DNA of 57,759 bases from an uncultured Anaerolineaceae bacterium. GTDB taxonomy: Bacteria > Chloroflexota > Anaerolineae > Anaerolineales > DRMV01. This document shows, in pieces, positions 1-10,275 of the stretch (positions are counted from its first letter, which is position 1; every line of letters begins with the position of its first letter). A model generated the notes under the pieces. That model made no database searches. It saw only the letters and a program-made list of their open reading frames with translations, and was not told the origin of the DNA. The DNA is taken from assembly GCA_964450875.1 (NCBI GenBank), contig CAYVHG010000103.1, forward strand, positions 1 to 57,759, written 5' to 3'. The position numbers and the translations under genes were made by a program.

Positions 1-194
1 ATGGCCGCCCATTGATGTTGGCTCATGGCGCCGGTGCCCGAGTCGGTCAGCAGGTCAATGAAGACCTCGTCGGAACGCAAGCCAAAGACGTTGTAGCCCG
101 CACGCTTGAGCGCGGCTTCCCGCTCGGCGCGGCTGGGCAGGGGGATGGGCTCCACCATTTTGATGCGGAAGGGTTCGGGGGGATGTTTGGGCAT
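1..194 (-). CDS. tryptophanase / tyrosine phenol-lyase family (beta-eliminating lyase). Only the N-terminal 64 codons are present and the gene runs off the left edge.
   Basis: Not in the ORF track because it is truncated. The reverse complement from ATG at 194 reads [64 protein letters not shown]. This carries the EPFRIK..VEP and (F/Y)[10 protein letters not shown]-terminal signature of TnaA/TPL. AGGAG lies 7 nt upstream. Confidence 0.7.
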   Translation of the reverse strand, partial: MPKHPPEPFRIKMVEPIPLPSRAEREAALKRAGYNVFGLRSDEVFIDLLTDSGTGAMSQHQWAA

Positions 195-280
195 AAACGA
201 CTCCTTGGGGCAAATGTGAACAGCAGATGGGGGACGACGAACGGCGGTCATCCAAACGACAGGAACACAGGGGAAACGGC

Positions 281-1336
281 TTACGCGACCACCAGAGCTT
301 CCAGCGCTTCCAGGCGCGGCGGGACGGTGGCCAGTTGCGGTGCGCGGCGAATGACCGCGTCGGGGTCTTTCAAGCCGTGGCCGGTGCACACCGCCACAAT
401 GGTCTTGCCGTGCGGGTCGAATTTTCCGGCGCGGATTTCCGCGGCCAGCCCCGCCAGCCCGGCGGCAGAAGCGGGCTCTACCCACAGGCCCTCCTCTTCG
501 GCCAGCAGGCGCTGCATGGCAAGGATTTCGTCGTCGCCGACCGCGACAATGCGCCCCCCCGATTGCTGCGCGGCTTCCAGCGCCTGCTCGCCGCGGGCAG
601 GGCGGCCGATGCGAATGGCCGTGGCGACGGTTTCGGGGTGTTCCACCGGGTGGCCGAGCACCAGCGGCGCTGCGCCCGCCGCCTGCACCCCCAGCAATCG
701 GGGAAGCCCCGTTCCTTTGGCTTCATGATATTGCCGGAAACCCATCCAATAGGCAGTGATGTTGCCCGCGTTGCCCACGGGCAGGCAAAGCCAATCGGGC
801 GCGCGGCCCAAGGCATCGCACACCTCGAAGGCGGCGGTCTTCTGGCCTTCCAGCCGATAGGGGTTGATGGAGTTGACCAGTGCGAGGGGGTGCTTGCGGC
901 TGATTTCCACCACCAAGCGCAGGGCATCGTCGAAGGAGCCTTCGATTTGCACCACCTGCGCGCCATAGGCCAAGGCGCCGGCCAGTTTGCCCAACGCCAC
1001 CTTGCCCTCGGGAATCAACACCACTGCCCGCAGGCCGGCGCGGGCAGCATACGCAGCCGCCGAAGCCGCGGTATTGCCCGTGGAAGCGCAGATGACGGCT
1101 TTCGCCCCGCGCCCCACGGCCTCGCTCACGGCTGCCGTCATGCCGCGGTCCTTGAACGAGCCGGTAGGGTTCAGCCCTTCGTATTTGACGAACAACCGGA
1201 AGCCGCCGCCCAGCCGCTCGGCCAGCCGCGGCACCGGCACCAACGGCGTGTCGCCTTCCAGCAGCGAAACCACCGCGGTATGCGCAGGCAAATCGAGCCA
1301 CCCACGGTAACGGGAGATGACGCCATCGTAAGCCAT
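281..1336 (-). CDS. thrC: threonine synthase
   Basis: 351-aa ORF with the PLP-lysine motif [18 protein letters not shown] and overall ThrC-like sequence. GGAGAG SD lies upstream of the ATG. Confidence 0.9.
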   Translation of the reverse strand: MAYDGVISRYRGWLDLPAHTAVVSLLEGDTPLVPVPRLAERLGGGFRLFVKYEGLNPTGSFKDRGMTAAVSEAVGRGAKAVICASTGNTAASAAAYAARAGLRAVVLIPEGKVALGKLAGALAYGAQVVQIEGSFDDALRLVVEISRKHPLALVNSINPYRLEGQKTAAFEVCDALGRAPDWLCLPVGNAGNITAYWMGFRQYHEAKGTGLPRLLGVQAAGAAPLVLGHPVEHPETVATAIRIGRPARGEQALEAAQQSGGRIVAVGDDEILAMQRLLAEEEGLWVEPASAAGLAGLAAEIRAGKFDPHGKTIVAVCTGHGLKDPDAVIRRAPQLATVPPRLEALEALVVA

Positions 1337-1372
1337 GATTTTCTCTCCTTCGGCACGTGCGAGTGCAACATG

Positions 1373-3469
1373 CTAACGCGAGGCGTCGGCGGCCTTGAGT
1401 GCGAAATAGGCTTCCATCACCCGCCGCACAATAGGACCGGCCACCACCGCGCCTTCCCCCCCATTATATAGGAAAGCCACCACCACGATCTCCGGATCGT
1501 CGTAAGGCGCGTAGGCCACCGTCCAGCCGTGGGTGGGCCAATCGCCTCGGCGGCAGAGGTGCCGTTGCTGAGCCTTGTTGTCGCAATATTCCGCCGTGCC
1601 GGTCTTCCCCGCCACAGGGATGGGGAAGCCCTGAAACACGCGGTGCAACGTGCCGTGGATGCCATCGGTTACAGCCAAGCGCATCCCGCGCTGCACCTGT
1701 TTGATTGCCCAAGGGTCCACCGTCTTCAAATCGCCGGTCCATTTGCAACGGCCAATGCCGCCCGGATTGCGGTACACCTTGATGAGAGGGTCGGTGGTAA
1801 TATCCCAGCGCACTTTGGGCTTGAACGGCTCGATGACCTTGCCTTCTGCATCAACCACTTCATAGCGAACCGTGGGCTGCATCTGGACGCCGTTGTTGGC
1901 AATGGTAGCCGCCGACATGAGCACCTGCAACGGCGTGCCAAGAACGTAACCCTGCCCCACGCTGGCAAGGTAGGTGTCACCGGTGGACCAGTTTTCGCCT
2001 TTGTAGATCCGCTTCCAGGTAGGCGTGGGGATCAAACCGGTGGCCTCGCCGGGCAGGTCGATGCCGGTGCGGTCGCCGTAGCCCAAGGCATGGGCGTAAG
2101 TGCCCAAGCGGCAAATGCCCAAGCCGGGGTTGATTTCATCGTCATAGCCGCCGCCGAGTTTGTAGAAGCACACATTACTGGAATAGGCAATGCAGTGCAG
2201 GAAGTCGATTTTGCCGAAGCCGCCTTCCTTATAGTTGTGGTCGTAGAATTTCTCGGCCTTGCCGGGGTCGTTGGCGTAATATTTGTTGGCCAGGATGATG
2301 ACCCCCGGCGCGTCGATGATCTGGTCGAGGGTGACGATGTGCTCGTTCATCGCGCCGGTGCCGGTGACGATCTTGAACGTCGAGCCCGGCGCGTATTCGC
2401 CCGAAATGGCATGGTTGAGGAGCGGTTTTTCGGGGTCGGCGGCCAGCTGTTGGTAATAATAAGCCGGGATGAAGCGCGCCATGCGGTTGTTTTCGTACGT
2501 CGGGTACGAAACCATCGCGAGGATTTCGCCGGTTTTGGGATTCATCGCGATAACCACCCCGCTTTGGGTGCGCGGCGCGCCGTCGGGCATGGGGTATCGC
2601 TCGTTGACGTACTTGATTTGGTTGACCAAAATATGATACGCCGCATCTTGCAGGCGAGTATCAATCGTCAGCACCAGGTTGGCCCCTGGTTTGGGCGGCT
2701 GCGGCTCTTTCAGGTCGCGCAAAATGTGGCCGGCGACGTCGATTTCCACCGTGCGGTGGCCGTTGGTGCCCGCCAGCAAATCTTGGTAAGAAAGTTCCAC
2801 CCCCGCATAGCCCACTTTGTCACGGTTGGGCACCAACCCTTTGTCCTTGTAATAATCCACCAATGCCTTGGGCACCGGCCCCAGGAAGCCCACCACGTCG
2901 GCGGTCAGATAGCCGGTGGGATAATCGCGAATAGGGTCTACTTCAATGCCCACCCCGGGCCAATCGGCCGCCCGTTCGCGGATGATCAGCGCGGTTTCCC
3001 GCGGAATATCGCACTTGATTTTCACCGGCCGATAGGGGGCAAACGTTTCGCCGAAGTTCACAATCTGGCGGATGCCCTGGTCCGAGCGGCAGGGCACGTA
3101 GGGGTGCTCTTTGTCTACGGTGCCGTAGCTCACGGGCACGCCGGTGAGGGCAGAAAGCTGGCGGTAGATGGCATCGACCTTGCCGGGGTCGTCGGGCAAG
3201 TAAGCGGGGGTAATCACCAAAGTGTAGGAAGCCACATTGCGCGCCAGCACCACCCCATTACGGTCGTAAATGGCCCCCCGCGGCGCGGGGATGTTGAGTT
3301 CCTCAACCCGGTTGGCGTTGGCGCGGGCAATCCACTCTTCATAACGCAGCACTTGCAGGTCGAACAAGCGCGCGACAAAAGCCAACAGCACCAAGCCTAC
3401 CACGGCCGCAGTCACGGCCAAACGCCAGCCTTCCAGCGGCGCAGAGGTGAGTTCGGGTTCGCCGTTCAT
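1373..3469 (-). CDS. mrdA: penicillin-binding protein 2 (peptidoglycan D,D-transpeptidase)
   Basis: N-terminal TM segment, PBP dimerisation and transpeptidase regions (STFK, SSN, KTGT). The chosen start is MNGEPE at 3469, which forms an ATGA overlap with the mreD stop. The track ORF extends to 3508. Confidence 0.85.
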   Translation of the reverse strand: MNGEPELTSAPLEGWRLAVTAAVVGLVLLAFVARLFDLQVLRYEEWIARANANRVEELNIPAPRGAIYDRNGVVLARNVASYTLVITPAYLPDDPGKVDAIYRQLSALTGVPVSYGTVDKEHPYVPCRSDQGIRQIVNFGETFAPYRPVKIKCDIPRETALIIRERAADWPGVGIEVDPIRDYPTGYLTADVVGFLGPVPKALVDYYKDKGLVPNRDKVGYAGVELSYQDLLAGTNGHRTVEIDVAGHILRDLKEPQPPKPGANLVLTIDTRLQDAAYHILVNQIKYVNERYPMPDGAPRTQSGVVIAMNPKTGEILAMVSYPTYENNRMARFIPAYYYQQLAADPEKPLLNHAISGEYAPGSTFKIVTGTGAMNEHIVTLDQIIDAPGVIILANKYYANDPGKAEKFYDHNYKEGGFGKIDFLHCIAYSSNVCFYKLGGGYDDEINPGLGICRLGTYAHALGYGDRTGIDLPGEATGLIPTPTWKRIYKGENWSTGDTYLASVGQGYVLGTPLQVLMSAATIANNGVQMQPTVRYEVVDAEGKVIEPFKPKVRWDITTDPLIKVYRNPGGIGRCKWTGDLKTVDPWAIKQVQRGMRLAVTDGIHGTLHRVFQGFPIPVAGKTGTAEYCDNKAQQRHLCRRGDWPTHGWTVAYAPYDDPEIVVVAFLYNGGEGAVVAGPIVRRVMEAYFALKAADASR

Positions 3470-3975
3470 ACATGCACCTCTTCGCTTGGGAAGAACCAGG
3501 CTGCCCATTCATCCATCAGGCTGTAAACCGGCAACGCGAACAGCAAGTTGAGCAACAGGCTGGGGAAGACCACTCGGTCGAGGGCTTCCCCCAGGGGCAA
3601 AGGGCTGCGCAACACGAAACGCAAGTAGCCCCATGCCAGCCCCTGCGTCACCAGCGTGCCGACCAGCACCACGGTGAAGAAGGCGAAAAAGGAAGCCCGC
3701 CACAGTTTCCGCCGCAGCAACATGGCAAAACCCGCCACCATGCCATAGCCCATCACGAAAAGCCACCACGGCAAAGCCGAGAGGGTGCCCACCATCAGCC
3801 CGGCGAGCACCACCCACACCCACGAGGCCGGGGCATCTTCGCGCATATACCATGCGGCGAGGGTCAGCAGCACCACATCGGCAGCCCCTTGCAAGAGGTG
3901 AATTTGGCTGAACACCGCGCTTTGCAACGCAGTGGCCAGGGCCAGCACCACCAGGCCAGAAAGCGAAGCCATCAC
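3466..3975 (-). CDS. mreD: rod shape-determining protein MreD
   Basis: 169-aa polytopic membrane protein in the canonical position between mreC and mrdA. It overlaps both neighbours by 4 nt. Confidence 0.7.
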   Translation of the reverse strand: MMASLSGLVVLALATALQSAVFSQIHLLQGAADVVLLTLAAWYMREDAPASWVWVVLAGLMVGTLSALPWWLFVMGYGMVAGFAMLLRRKLWRASFFAFFTVVLVGTLVTQGLAWGYLRFVLRSPLPLGEALDRVVFPSLLLNLLFALPVYSLMDEWAAWFFPSEEVHV

Positions 3976-4820
3976 GGTGCGCCTCCCTGGGGCTTGGTAA
4001 GCGGGGTGACATCCACCGGTCGGAAGTTCACAATCACCAGCACAATTTGCAGGCGCCGAAAGTCCACCACCGGCTGGACGGCGGCTTCCTGAAAGAGGGC
4101 ATACGAAAGCTTGCGCACGCTCACGATTTGCCCGGCGAGGATGTTAGGGGGATAGCGCCCCCCCAGCCCTGAAGTCAGCACCAGGTCGCCGGGCTTGATT
4201 TTGGCATCCAGCGAGACCATATCCAGCGAAAGTTCGCCGGTCAGGCTGCCCACCAGCACGGCGTTGGTGTGGGTAGGCTGCACGACGACATCCACGGCCG
4301 AGTTGGCGTCGGTAATGAGCTGTACGCGGGCGGCGTTGGGGATCACCGCGGTGATGTGCCCAACCAGCCCTTCGGCGCTGACCACGGGCATGCCCACCCG
4401 GAGCCCATCGTCGGAGCCGCGGTTGATGATGATGTAATGCAAGAAGGGGCTGGGGTCGCGGCCAATGACCTGGGCGGCCTTGTATTCGTTCTGGGGGTGG
4501 GCGCGGGCAAAATCCAGCAATGCCGAAAGCAATTCGGCCTCGGCCAGTTGCTGCTGCAAGGTCACCACTTCGGTTTGCAAGCGGCTGACCTCGGCTTTGA
4601 GTTGCTGGTTTTCGGCGCGCAGGGTATTGACGTCTTTAGGCGCGTTGAGATAGGCCCGAATGCCCTGATAAGCCCGGGCCAACCACGCCTGCACCGACAA
4701 AACCGGCTGGGTGCTCAAGCGCGTCAGCGGCGTCAGATAGCCCCCCAACGAAAGCGCCAGCAGCCCGATGACCACCAACGCAATCACCAACGCCCGTAAG
4801 GTGCGAGGGGAAAATTTCAT
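3972..4820 (-). CDS. mreC: rod shape-determining protein MreC
   Basis: N-terminal TM segment, coiled coil (LRAENQQLKAEVSRLQ) and C-terminal beta domain (GLVGHIT, TSGLGGRYP). The start is taken at MKFSPRTL (4820) rather than the track start at 4874. Confidence 0.85.
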   Translation of the reverse strand: MKFSPRTLRALVIALVVIGLLALSLGGYLTPLTRLSTQPVLSVQAWLARAYQGIRAYLNAPKDVNTLRAENQQLKAEVSRLQTEVVTLQQQLAEAELLSALLDFARAHPQNEYKAAQVIGRDPSPFLHYIIINRGSDDGLRVGMPVVSAEGLVGHITAVIPNAARVQLITDANSAVDVVVQPTHTNAVLVGSLTGELSLDMVSLDAKIKPGDLVLTSGLGGRYPPNILAGQIVSVRKLSYALFQEAAVQPVVDFRRLQIVLVIVNFRPVDVTPLTKPQGGAP

Positions 4821-4848
4821 CGTAAACGCAAGGCGGGAAAGCCCACCC

Positions 4849-5901
4849 TCAGGCGATGTTCTCCATGTCGACAAGGAACTGGCCGTTGGTGCGGAAGTCT
4901 TCCAACACCATGCCTGCGCCGCGGGCCACGCAGCTTTGGGGGTCGTCGGCCACCCAGGCGCGCAGGTTGAGCTCGTCGGTAATGCGCTCGGCCAATCCTT
5001 GCAATTGCGCCCCGCCGCCAGCCAGCGTGATGCCGCTTTCCATCAAATCGGCAATGATGGCTGCCGGGGCTTCGTCGATCGTGTCGCGAATGGTGTCCAT
5101 GATGGTCTGCACCGGCCCGGCGATGGCTTCCCGAATCTCGATAGAAGAGACCTCCACCGCCTCGGGCAAACCGGTGACCAAATTACGGCCGCGCACCACC
5201 GCGGTCTTTTCTTCCGGCAAGGGGTGCGCCGAGCCAATCTGGATTTTGATAGCCTCGGCCATCTGCTCGCCAATGAGCAAATTATACTTGTTGCGTAGAT
5301 ACTGCACGATGGCCTCGTCCATCTCATCGCCCGCGACGCGCAGCGAGCGGGAAACCACCGTGCGTCCAACCGACAGCACCGCCACCTCAGTGGTGCCGCC
5401 GCCGATGTCTACAATCATGTGCCCCTGAATATCGCCAATGGGCAAGCCGGCGCCGAGGGCTGCGGCCACCGGCTCCTCGATCAAATGGGCTTCCCGCGCC
5501 CCCGCCGCCATGGCCGCGTCGTACACTGCGCGCATCTCTACCTCGGTCACGCCCGCGGGCACGCCAATCACAACTCGGGGGTAAGGCGCAGGCACGATGC
5601 TCTGCTCATGGGCCTTCCCGATGAGGTGCTCTAACATGGCCTCGGTGATGTCGAACTCGGAAATCACACCATCGCGCAACGGGCGGATGACGAGGACGTT
5701 GGCAGGCGCCCGCCCCGCCATGCGCTTGGCCGTGCTGCCCACAGCCAACGGCTGGCGGGTGCGTTTGTCGATCGCGACCCAGGAAGGCTCATTCACCACA
5801 ATGCCTTTACCACGGATGTAAACCAGGGTATTGGCTGTACCCAGGTCAATGCCGATATCCAAAGCAAAAAAACTCAGCAGCCAACTGATGGGGTTGAACA
5901 A
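4849..5901 (-). CDS. mreB: rod shape-determining actin homologue MreB
   Basis: DIGIDLGTANTLVY and VDIGGGTTEVAV motifs. The likely TTG start at 5901 (FNPISW...) lies 8 nt after AGGAG. The track start at 5934 is also TTG but has no SD. TATAAT is present on the minus strand at about 5950-5955. Confidence 0.9.
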   Translation of the reverse strand: MFNPISWLLSFFALDIGIDLGTANTLVYIRGKGIVVNEPSWVAIDKRTRQPLAVGSTAKRMAGRAPANVLVIRPLRDGVISEFDITEAMLEHLIGKAHEQSIVPAPYPRVVIGVPAGVTEVEMRAVYDAAMAAGAREAHLIEEPVAAALGAGLPIGDIQGHMIVDIGGGTTEVAVLSVGRTVVSRSLRVAGDEMDEAIVQYLRNKYNLLIGEQMAEAIKIQIGSAHPLPEEKTAVVRGRNLVTGLPEAVEVSSIEIREAIAGPVQTIMDTIRDTIDEAPAAIIADLMESGITLAGGGAQLQGLAERITDELNLRAWVADDPQSCVARGAGMVLEDFRTNGQFLVDMENIA

Positions 5902-6045
5902 AACCAGGCTCCTGCAAAGGGGATAGCTTAGCAAGCGTTAAGCGCACCCATTATACCATTGGGGAAAAGGGGGTTCTGGGCTATCAACTCAGGGGAAGCA
6001 AGACGCGCGGGCAGGGTGCGCTGCGGGACAGCGCGGGCTACGGTC

Positions 6046-6213
6046 GAGTGGGGCCGGTTGTCGCCGCACCGAACCGACGATGCGCCGCACAGTGCTGACA
6101 CTGACCTTTTGGAGTTGGGCCTCCACCTCGTTGGAAAGGGTCAGGTGGCCGTGCCGGGCCAAGGAGCGGGCTGTCGGCAAAAGCACAGGCTGGAGCCGCT
6201 CGGCGGAGGGGCA
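6046..6213 (-). pseudogene. remnant of an rve/IS481-like integrase-transposase (N-terminal HTH region only)
   Basis: The central part of track ORF 5989..6360 reads ERLQPVLLPTARSLARHGHLTLSNEVEAQLQKVSVSTVRRIVGSVRRQ. This follows the pattern KRL.P.LP.L...L.RHGHL.L...V...L...S..T.DR.L seen at the N-terminus of DDE-type integrases. No catalytic domain follows. Confidence 0.4.
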
Positions 6214-6376
6214 ACCCAAGGCCTCTGACGCAACGTGACTTGCCCCCCCTCCCTCTCGGCTAAGGTATAATGCCTTGGGTGAGCCGCAGGGTTCCCCCCT
6301 GGCCTTGGCCAACCGCAAGGATGCCGCCAGGCGTGCACTTTTCGGAACGAAATATCGCATTGCTCACTACGATTCC

Positions 6377-8860
6377 ATGGATACCAAAACCCTGCAAGTG
6401 CTGGAATTCCCCAAGGTGCTGGAACGCCTGGCGCGGCACACCGCTTTCACGCCGGGCAGGGAGCGCGCCCTCGCACTGCACCCCACCGGCAGCCTGCGCC
6501 GCGCTCGCGCCTTGCAAGCCGAAACCACCGAAGCCCGCCACGTGCTGGCTGCCCACCCGGAAATCGGCCTGCGGGGCGTGCGTGACCTTCGCCCACACCT
6601 CGAAGCCGCCCGCCGCGACATCACTCTGACCCCCGCAGCCCTGCTGGAAATCAAAACCACCCTCAGCCGCGCCCGCGACCTGCGCCGCAGCCTCACCCGC
6701 TTGCAAGCCGAAGCCCCCCGCCTTGCCGACATCGCCGCCCTGCTCCCCCCGCCCCTCGGCCTGGTGGACGCCATCGCCCGCACCGTCACCGACGAAGGCG
6801 AAATCCCCGACAGCGCCTCGCAAACCCTCGCCCGCCTGCGTGCCGACATCCTGCTGGCCCGCCAACGCCTCACCCGCCGCCTGGAACGCATGGTGCGCGA
6901 CCCCGCCATCGTGCCCATGCTGCAAGAGCCCATCGTCACCCAGCGCGACGGCCGCTACGTGCTGCCCCTGAAAGCCGAATTCAAAGGCCGTTTGAAGGGC
7001 ATCGTCCACGACCGCTCGGCATCGGGCGCGACCCTCTTCGTCGAACCCCTGCCCATCGTGGAAATCAACAACCGCCTGCGGGAGCTGGAACGCGGCGAAG
7101 CGCAGGAAATCCAGCGCTTGTTGAGCGCCCTGACCCGCGAAATCGCCCTCCACGCCGAAACCCTGGCAGGCATGGTCGAAACCCTGGCGCGGCTCGACGT
7201 CGTCTTTGCCAAAGCCCGCCTGGCCGACGAAATGGAAGCCGTGGCGCCGCGGCTGGTTGGCATTGGGGAGCCTCCGCCGGCTGAGCCGCCGCCGAACGCC
7301 GCGACGGCTTCCCCCGAGGCGGGTAAACCGCCTACCCCGCGGCGTGCCCACGTCACCCTGCGGCTGCTCGCCGCCCGCCACCCCCTCTTGCCGCGGGAAG
7401 CCGTCGTGCCCGTGGACGTCGTGCTGGACGAGGAGACCTACGCGGTGGTCATCACCGGCCCCAACACCGGCGGCAAGACCGTGACGCTGAAGACCGTCGG
7501 GCTGCTGGCCGCGATGGCGCAGGCGGGCTTCCACATCCCCGCGGAGGAAGGCACGACCCTGAGCGTCTTCCGAGACATCTTCGCCGACATCGGCGACGAG
7601 CAATCCATCGAGCAGTCGCTTTCCACCTTTTCGGGGCACATGCGCAACATTGTGTGCATCCTCGAACAGGCCGACCACCGCTCGCTGGTGCTGTTGGACG
7701 AGCTCGGTGCGGGCACCGACCCGCAGGAAGGCGCAGCCCTGGCGCGCGCCATCCTCGACCATCTGGTGCGGCGCGGGGTTACCACCCTGGTCGCCACCCA
7801 CTACCCCGAACTGAAGCTCTACGCCCACGCCACGCCGGGCGTGACCAACGCCAGCATGGAATTCGACCCCCGCAGCCTGCGCCCCACCTATCGGCTGGTG
7901 ATTGGCGTGCCGGGGCGTTCCAACGCGCTGGAAATTGCGCGCCGCCTCGGTTTGCCGGAAGGCATCGTCAGCGCGGCCCGTGCCGGTTTCCACCCCGACG
8001 ACCTAAAAGCCGACGCGCTGCTGGACGAAATCCATCGTCAGCGCCGCCTGGCGCGCAAAGAGCGCCGCCGGGCGGAAAAAGCCCGCCGCCGTGCCGAGGC
8101 GCTGCGGGCGAAGCTTTCCCGTCGCCTGGCGAAAATCGACGCCGAGCGCCGCCAGGTGCTGGAAGAAGCCCAAAACCAGGCGCAAGCCGAAGTGGAAGCC
8201 CTGCAGGAAGAAATCCGAGCCCTGCGCCGCCGCCTGCGCCGTCTGTTGCCCCCTGAGCAGGCGCTGGAAGCCCAAGGCGAACTGCAAGCCGCGCAGCAGG
8301 CCGCCCGCGAACTGGCGGCCCAGGCCGCCGAGGCGCTGGACGAGGTGGAGGCCGAAACCGCGCCGCCCGAACCGCCGCCCCTCGCCGGGCCGCCCCCGCC
8401 CCTGACCGTGGGCGCGAAGGTGCACGTGGAACGCCTCAACGCCCAGGGCACCGTGGCCGCGCTGGACGAGGACGCGGAGGAGGCCGAAGTCATCGTGGGG
8501 GCGCTGCGGGTGCGCACGCCCATCCGCGAGCTGCGCGTGCTGGCGCCGCCCGCCCCCCAAGGCGCACCGCTCCCCTCCGAAAGCACCGTCACCGTGCCCA
8601 GCGTGCCTTCCCCAGGCATGGCGCTGGACCTCCGCGGCCAGACCGTGGACGAGGCTTTGGAACGGCTGGACAAATACCTCGACCAAGCCTACCTCGCGGG
8701 GCTGCCCTTCGTGCGCATCGTCCACGGCAAGGGCACCGGCCGCCTGCGGGAAGCCGTGCGCGACGCGCTCGAACACCACCCCCACGTGCGCGCTTGGGAG
8801 CCGGGCCTTCCGCAAGAAGGCGGCGATGGCGTGACCGTGGCAAAAATAGCCGGGGAATGA
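6377..8860 (+). CDS. mutS2: endonuclease MutS2 (MutS ATPase plus C-terminal Smr domain)
   Basis: The N-terminus MDTKTLQVLEFPKVLERL is typical. Walker A ITGPNTGGKT, DELGAGTDP, and a C-terminal Smr domain (LDLRGQTVDEAL...VRIVHGKGTGRLR) are present. The start is taken at the ATG at 6377, not the track TTG at 6275. Confidence 0.9.
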   Translation: MDTKTLQVLEFPKVLERLARHTAFTPGRERALALHPTGSLRRARALQAETTEARHVLAAHPEIGLRGVRDLRPHLEAARRDITLTPAALLEIKTTLSRARDLRRSLTRLQAEAPRLADIAALLPPPLGLVDAIARTVTDEGEIPDSASQTLARLRADILLARQRLTRRLERMVRDPAIVPMLQEPIVTQRDGRYVLPLKAEFKGRLKGIVHDRSASGATLFVEPLPIVEINNRLRELERGEAQEIQRLLSALTREIALHAETLAGMVETLARLDVVFAKARLADEMEAVAPRLVGIGEPPPAEPPPNAATASPEAGKPPTPRRAHVTLRLLAARHPLLPREAVVPVDVVLDEETYAVVITGPNTGGKTVTLKTVGLLAAMAQAGFHIPAEEGTTLSVFRDIFADIGDEQSIEQSLSTFSGHMRNIVCILEQADHRSLVLLDELGAGTDPQEGAALARAILDHLVRRGVTTLVATHYPELKLYAHATPGVTNASMEFDPRSLRPTYRLVIGVPGRSNALEIARRLGLPEGIVSAARAGFHPDDLKADALLDEIHRQRRLARKERRRAEKARRRAEALRAKLSRRLAKIDAERRQVLEEAQNQAQAEVEALQEEIRALRRRLRRLLPPEQALEAQGELQAAQQAARELAAQAAEALDEVEAETAPPEPPPLAGPPPPLTVGAKVHVERLNAQGTVAALDEDAEEAEVIVGALRVRTPIRELRVLAPPAPQGAPLPSESTVTVPSVPSPGMALDLRGQTVDEALERLDKYLDQAYLAGLPFVRIVHGKGTGRLREAVRDALEHHPHVRAWEPGLPQEGGDGVTVAKIAGE

Positions 8861-8896
8861 AAAACACCCAAGGCAGGGACTTCCTGCCTTGGGTGT
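8861..8896 (-). terminator. rho-independent terminator of the OFOR operon
   Basis: 14-bp stem ACACCCAAGGCAGG/CCTGCCTTGGGTGT (8864-8877 and 8883-8896) with a 5-nt loop. On the minus strand it is followed by TTTTTCATT. Confidence 0.7.
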
Positions 8897-8916
8897 AGCG
8901 ACGGAAACAAGGAAGG

Positions 8917-9456
8917 CTATGCTTGAGATACGGCAGCACCGGCATCCAAAGCGCGGTAGTTGGCTTCCAGCAAGTGGTGTTTGCGAGCGGGAAGATGGTC
9001 TTCGAGCGCGGCTTTGATTTGTCCCATCGTCAGCATTGGGAAGCGCGGCATCAAAGCGCCCAGCATGACCATATTGGCCAAGCGGCGGTCGCCGAGGTCT
9101 TCGGCGATGTGGCTGGCTTTGAGGGTGATTGCCTCGAGGTCGGCGCGTTCCGTCTCGCGGTTGAGCAGTGAGGCATTGGCAACGATCAACCCGCCGGGCT
9201 GCACCTGCGGTTCGAACTTATCCAACGAGGGGGCGTTGAGGGCCATGAGCACTTTGGGGTGGGAAACCAGCGGCGAGCCGATTTCCTCGTCGGCGATGAT
9301 GACCGTGCAGTTGGCCGTGCCGCCGCGCATTTCAGGGCCGTAAGAGGGAAACCACGTCACTTCATAGCCTGCATCCATGGCTGCGTAGGCCAGCACTTGT
9401 CCGGCGAAGAGCACACCCTGGCCGCCAAAGCCGGCGATCAAAATTTCTGTTTGCAT
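8917..9456 (-). CDS. 2-oxoacid:ferredoxin oxidoreductase, gamma subunit
   Basis: 179 aa. IAGFGGQGVLFAGQVLA...WFPSYGPEMRGGTANC is typical of OFOR gamma subunits. Confidence 0.85.
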   Translation of the reverse strand: MQTEILIAGFGGQGVLFAGQVLAYAAMDAGYEVTWFPSYGPEMRGGTANCTVIIADEEIGSPLVSHPKVLMALNAPSLDKFEPQVQPGGLIVANASLLNRETERADLEAITLKASHIAEDLGDRRLANMVMLGALMPRFPMLTMGQIKAALEDHLPARKHHLLEANYRALDAGAAVSQA

Positions 9457-9468
9457 GGCGTACCTCCT

Positions 9469-10263
9469 TTACACCCGCAGTTTTTGCAGTTCGGGGGCGA
9501 CTTTGTAATCGCCCAAGGGGTAGGCGGGCACCATGTTGTCGCGTACCCAATTCATGGCCTCGATGGGCGTCATCTTCCAGTTGGTAGGGCAGGTGGAAAG
9601 CAACTCGACCAGCGAGAACCCCAGCCCGCGCACCTGGGCCTCGAAGGCCAGGCGGATGGCCTTCTTGGCTTTGCGGATGTTGGTCGGGTCGTGCATGCTG
9701 CGGCGGACGACGTAGGCCGCGCCGTCGAGGGTGGCGAGGATTTCGGCCATGCGGATGGGGAAGCCCTGCACGGCCACATCGCGGCCGGACGGCGAAGAGG
9801 TGGTAATCTGGTTGGGCAGCGTTGTGGGGGCCATTTGCCCGCCTGTCATGCCGTAGATGGCATTGTTGATGAAGATCACGGTGATGCGCTCGCCGCGGGC
9901 GGCAGCGTGGACGATCTCGCCCATGCCGATGGAAGCCAGGTCGCCGTCGCCCTGATAGGTAAAGACGACGCGGTCGGGCAACACGCGCTTGATGCCGGTG
10001 GCCATGGCGGGGGCGCGGCCGTGGGCGGCTTCCACCCCATCGAATTCGAAGTAATCGTAGGCCAACACGGCACACCCCACCGGCGCGATGCCAATGGCTT
10101 TCTCGCGCAGCCCCATTTCGTCCAGCACTTCGGCCACCAGCCGATGCGCGACGCCGTGAGTGCAGCCAGGGCAGTAATGGGTGGGGGTGTCAACCAGCGA
10201 TTCGGGGCGCTGGTACACCATTTTCAGGTTGGTTTTGGGGCGGGTAGGAGCAGCAACAGTCAT
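9469..10263 (-). CDS. 2-oxoacid:ferredoxin oxidoreductase, beta (TPP-binding) subunit
   Basis: HYCPGCTHG cysteine motif and the TPP motif GDGDLASIG...[11 protein letters not shown]. Confidence 0.85.
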   Translation of the reverse strand: MTVAAPTRPKTNLKMVYQRPESLVDTPTHYCPGCTHGVAHRLVAEVLDEMGLREKAIGIAPVGCAVLAYDYFEFDGVEAAHGRAPAMATGIKRVLPDRVVFTYQGDGDLASIGMGEIVHAAARGERITVIFINNAIYGMTGGQMAPTTLPNQITTSSPSGRDVAVQGFPIRMAEILATLDGAAYVVRRSMHDPTNIRKAKKAIRLAFEAQVRGLGFSLVELLSTCPTNWKMTPIEAMNWVRDNMVPAYPLGDYKVAPELQKLRV

Positions 10264-10275
10264 GGGAAGCCTCCA

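Noticed and set aside
5989-6360. 123-aa ORF as an intact gene.
   Set aside because: Only the middle roughly 55 residues resemble an integrase N-terminus. The flanks are Arg/Pro/Ala-rich junk, and the ORF runs into the mutS2 promoter. It is treated as a pseudogene fragment.
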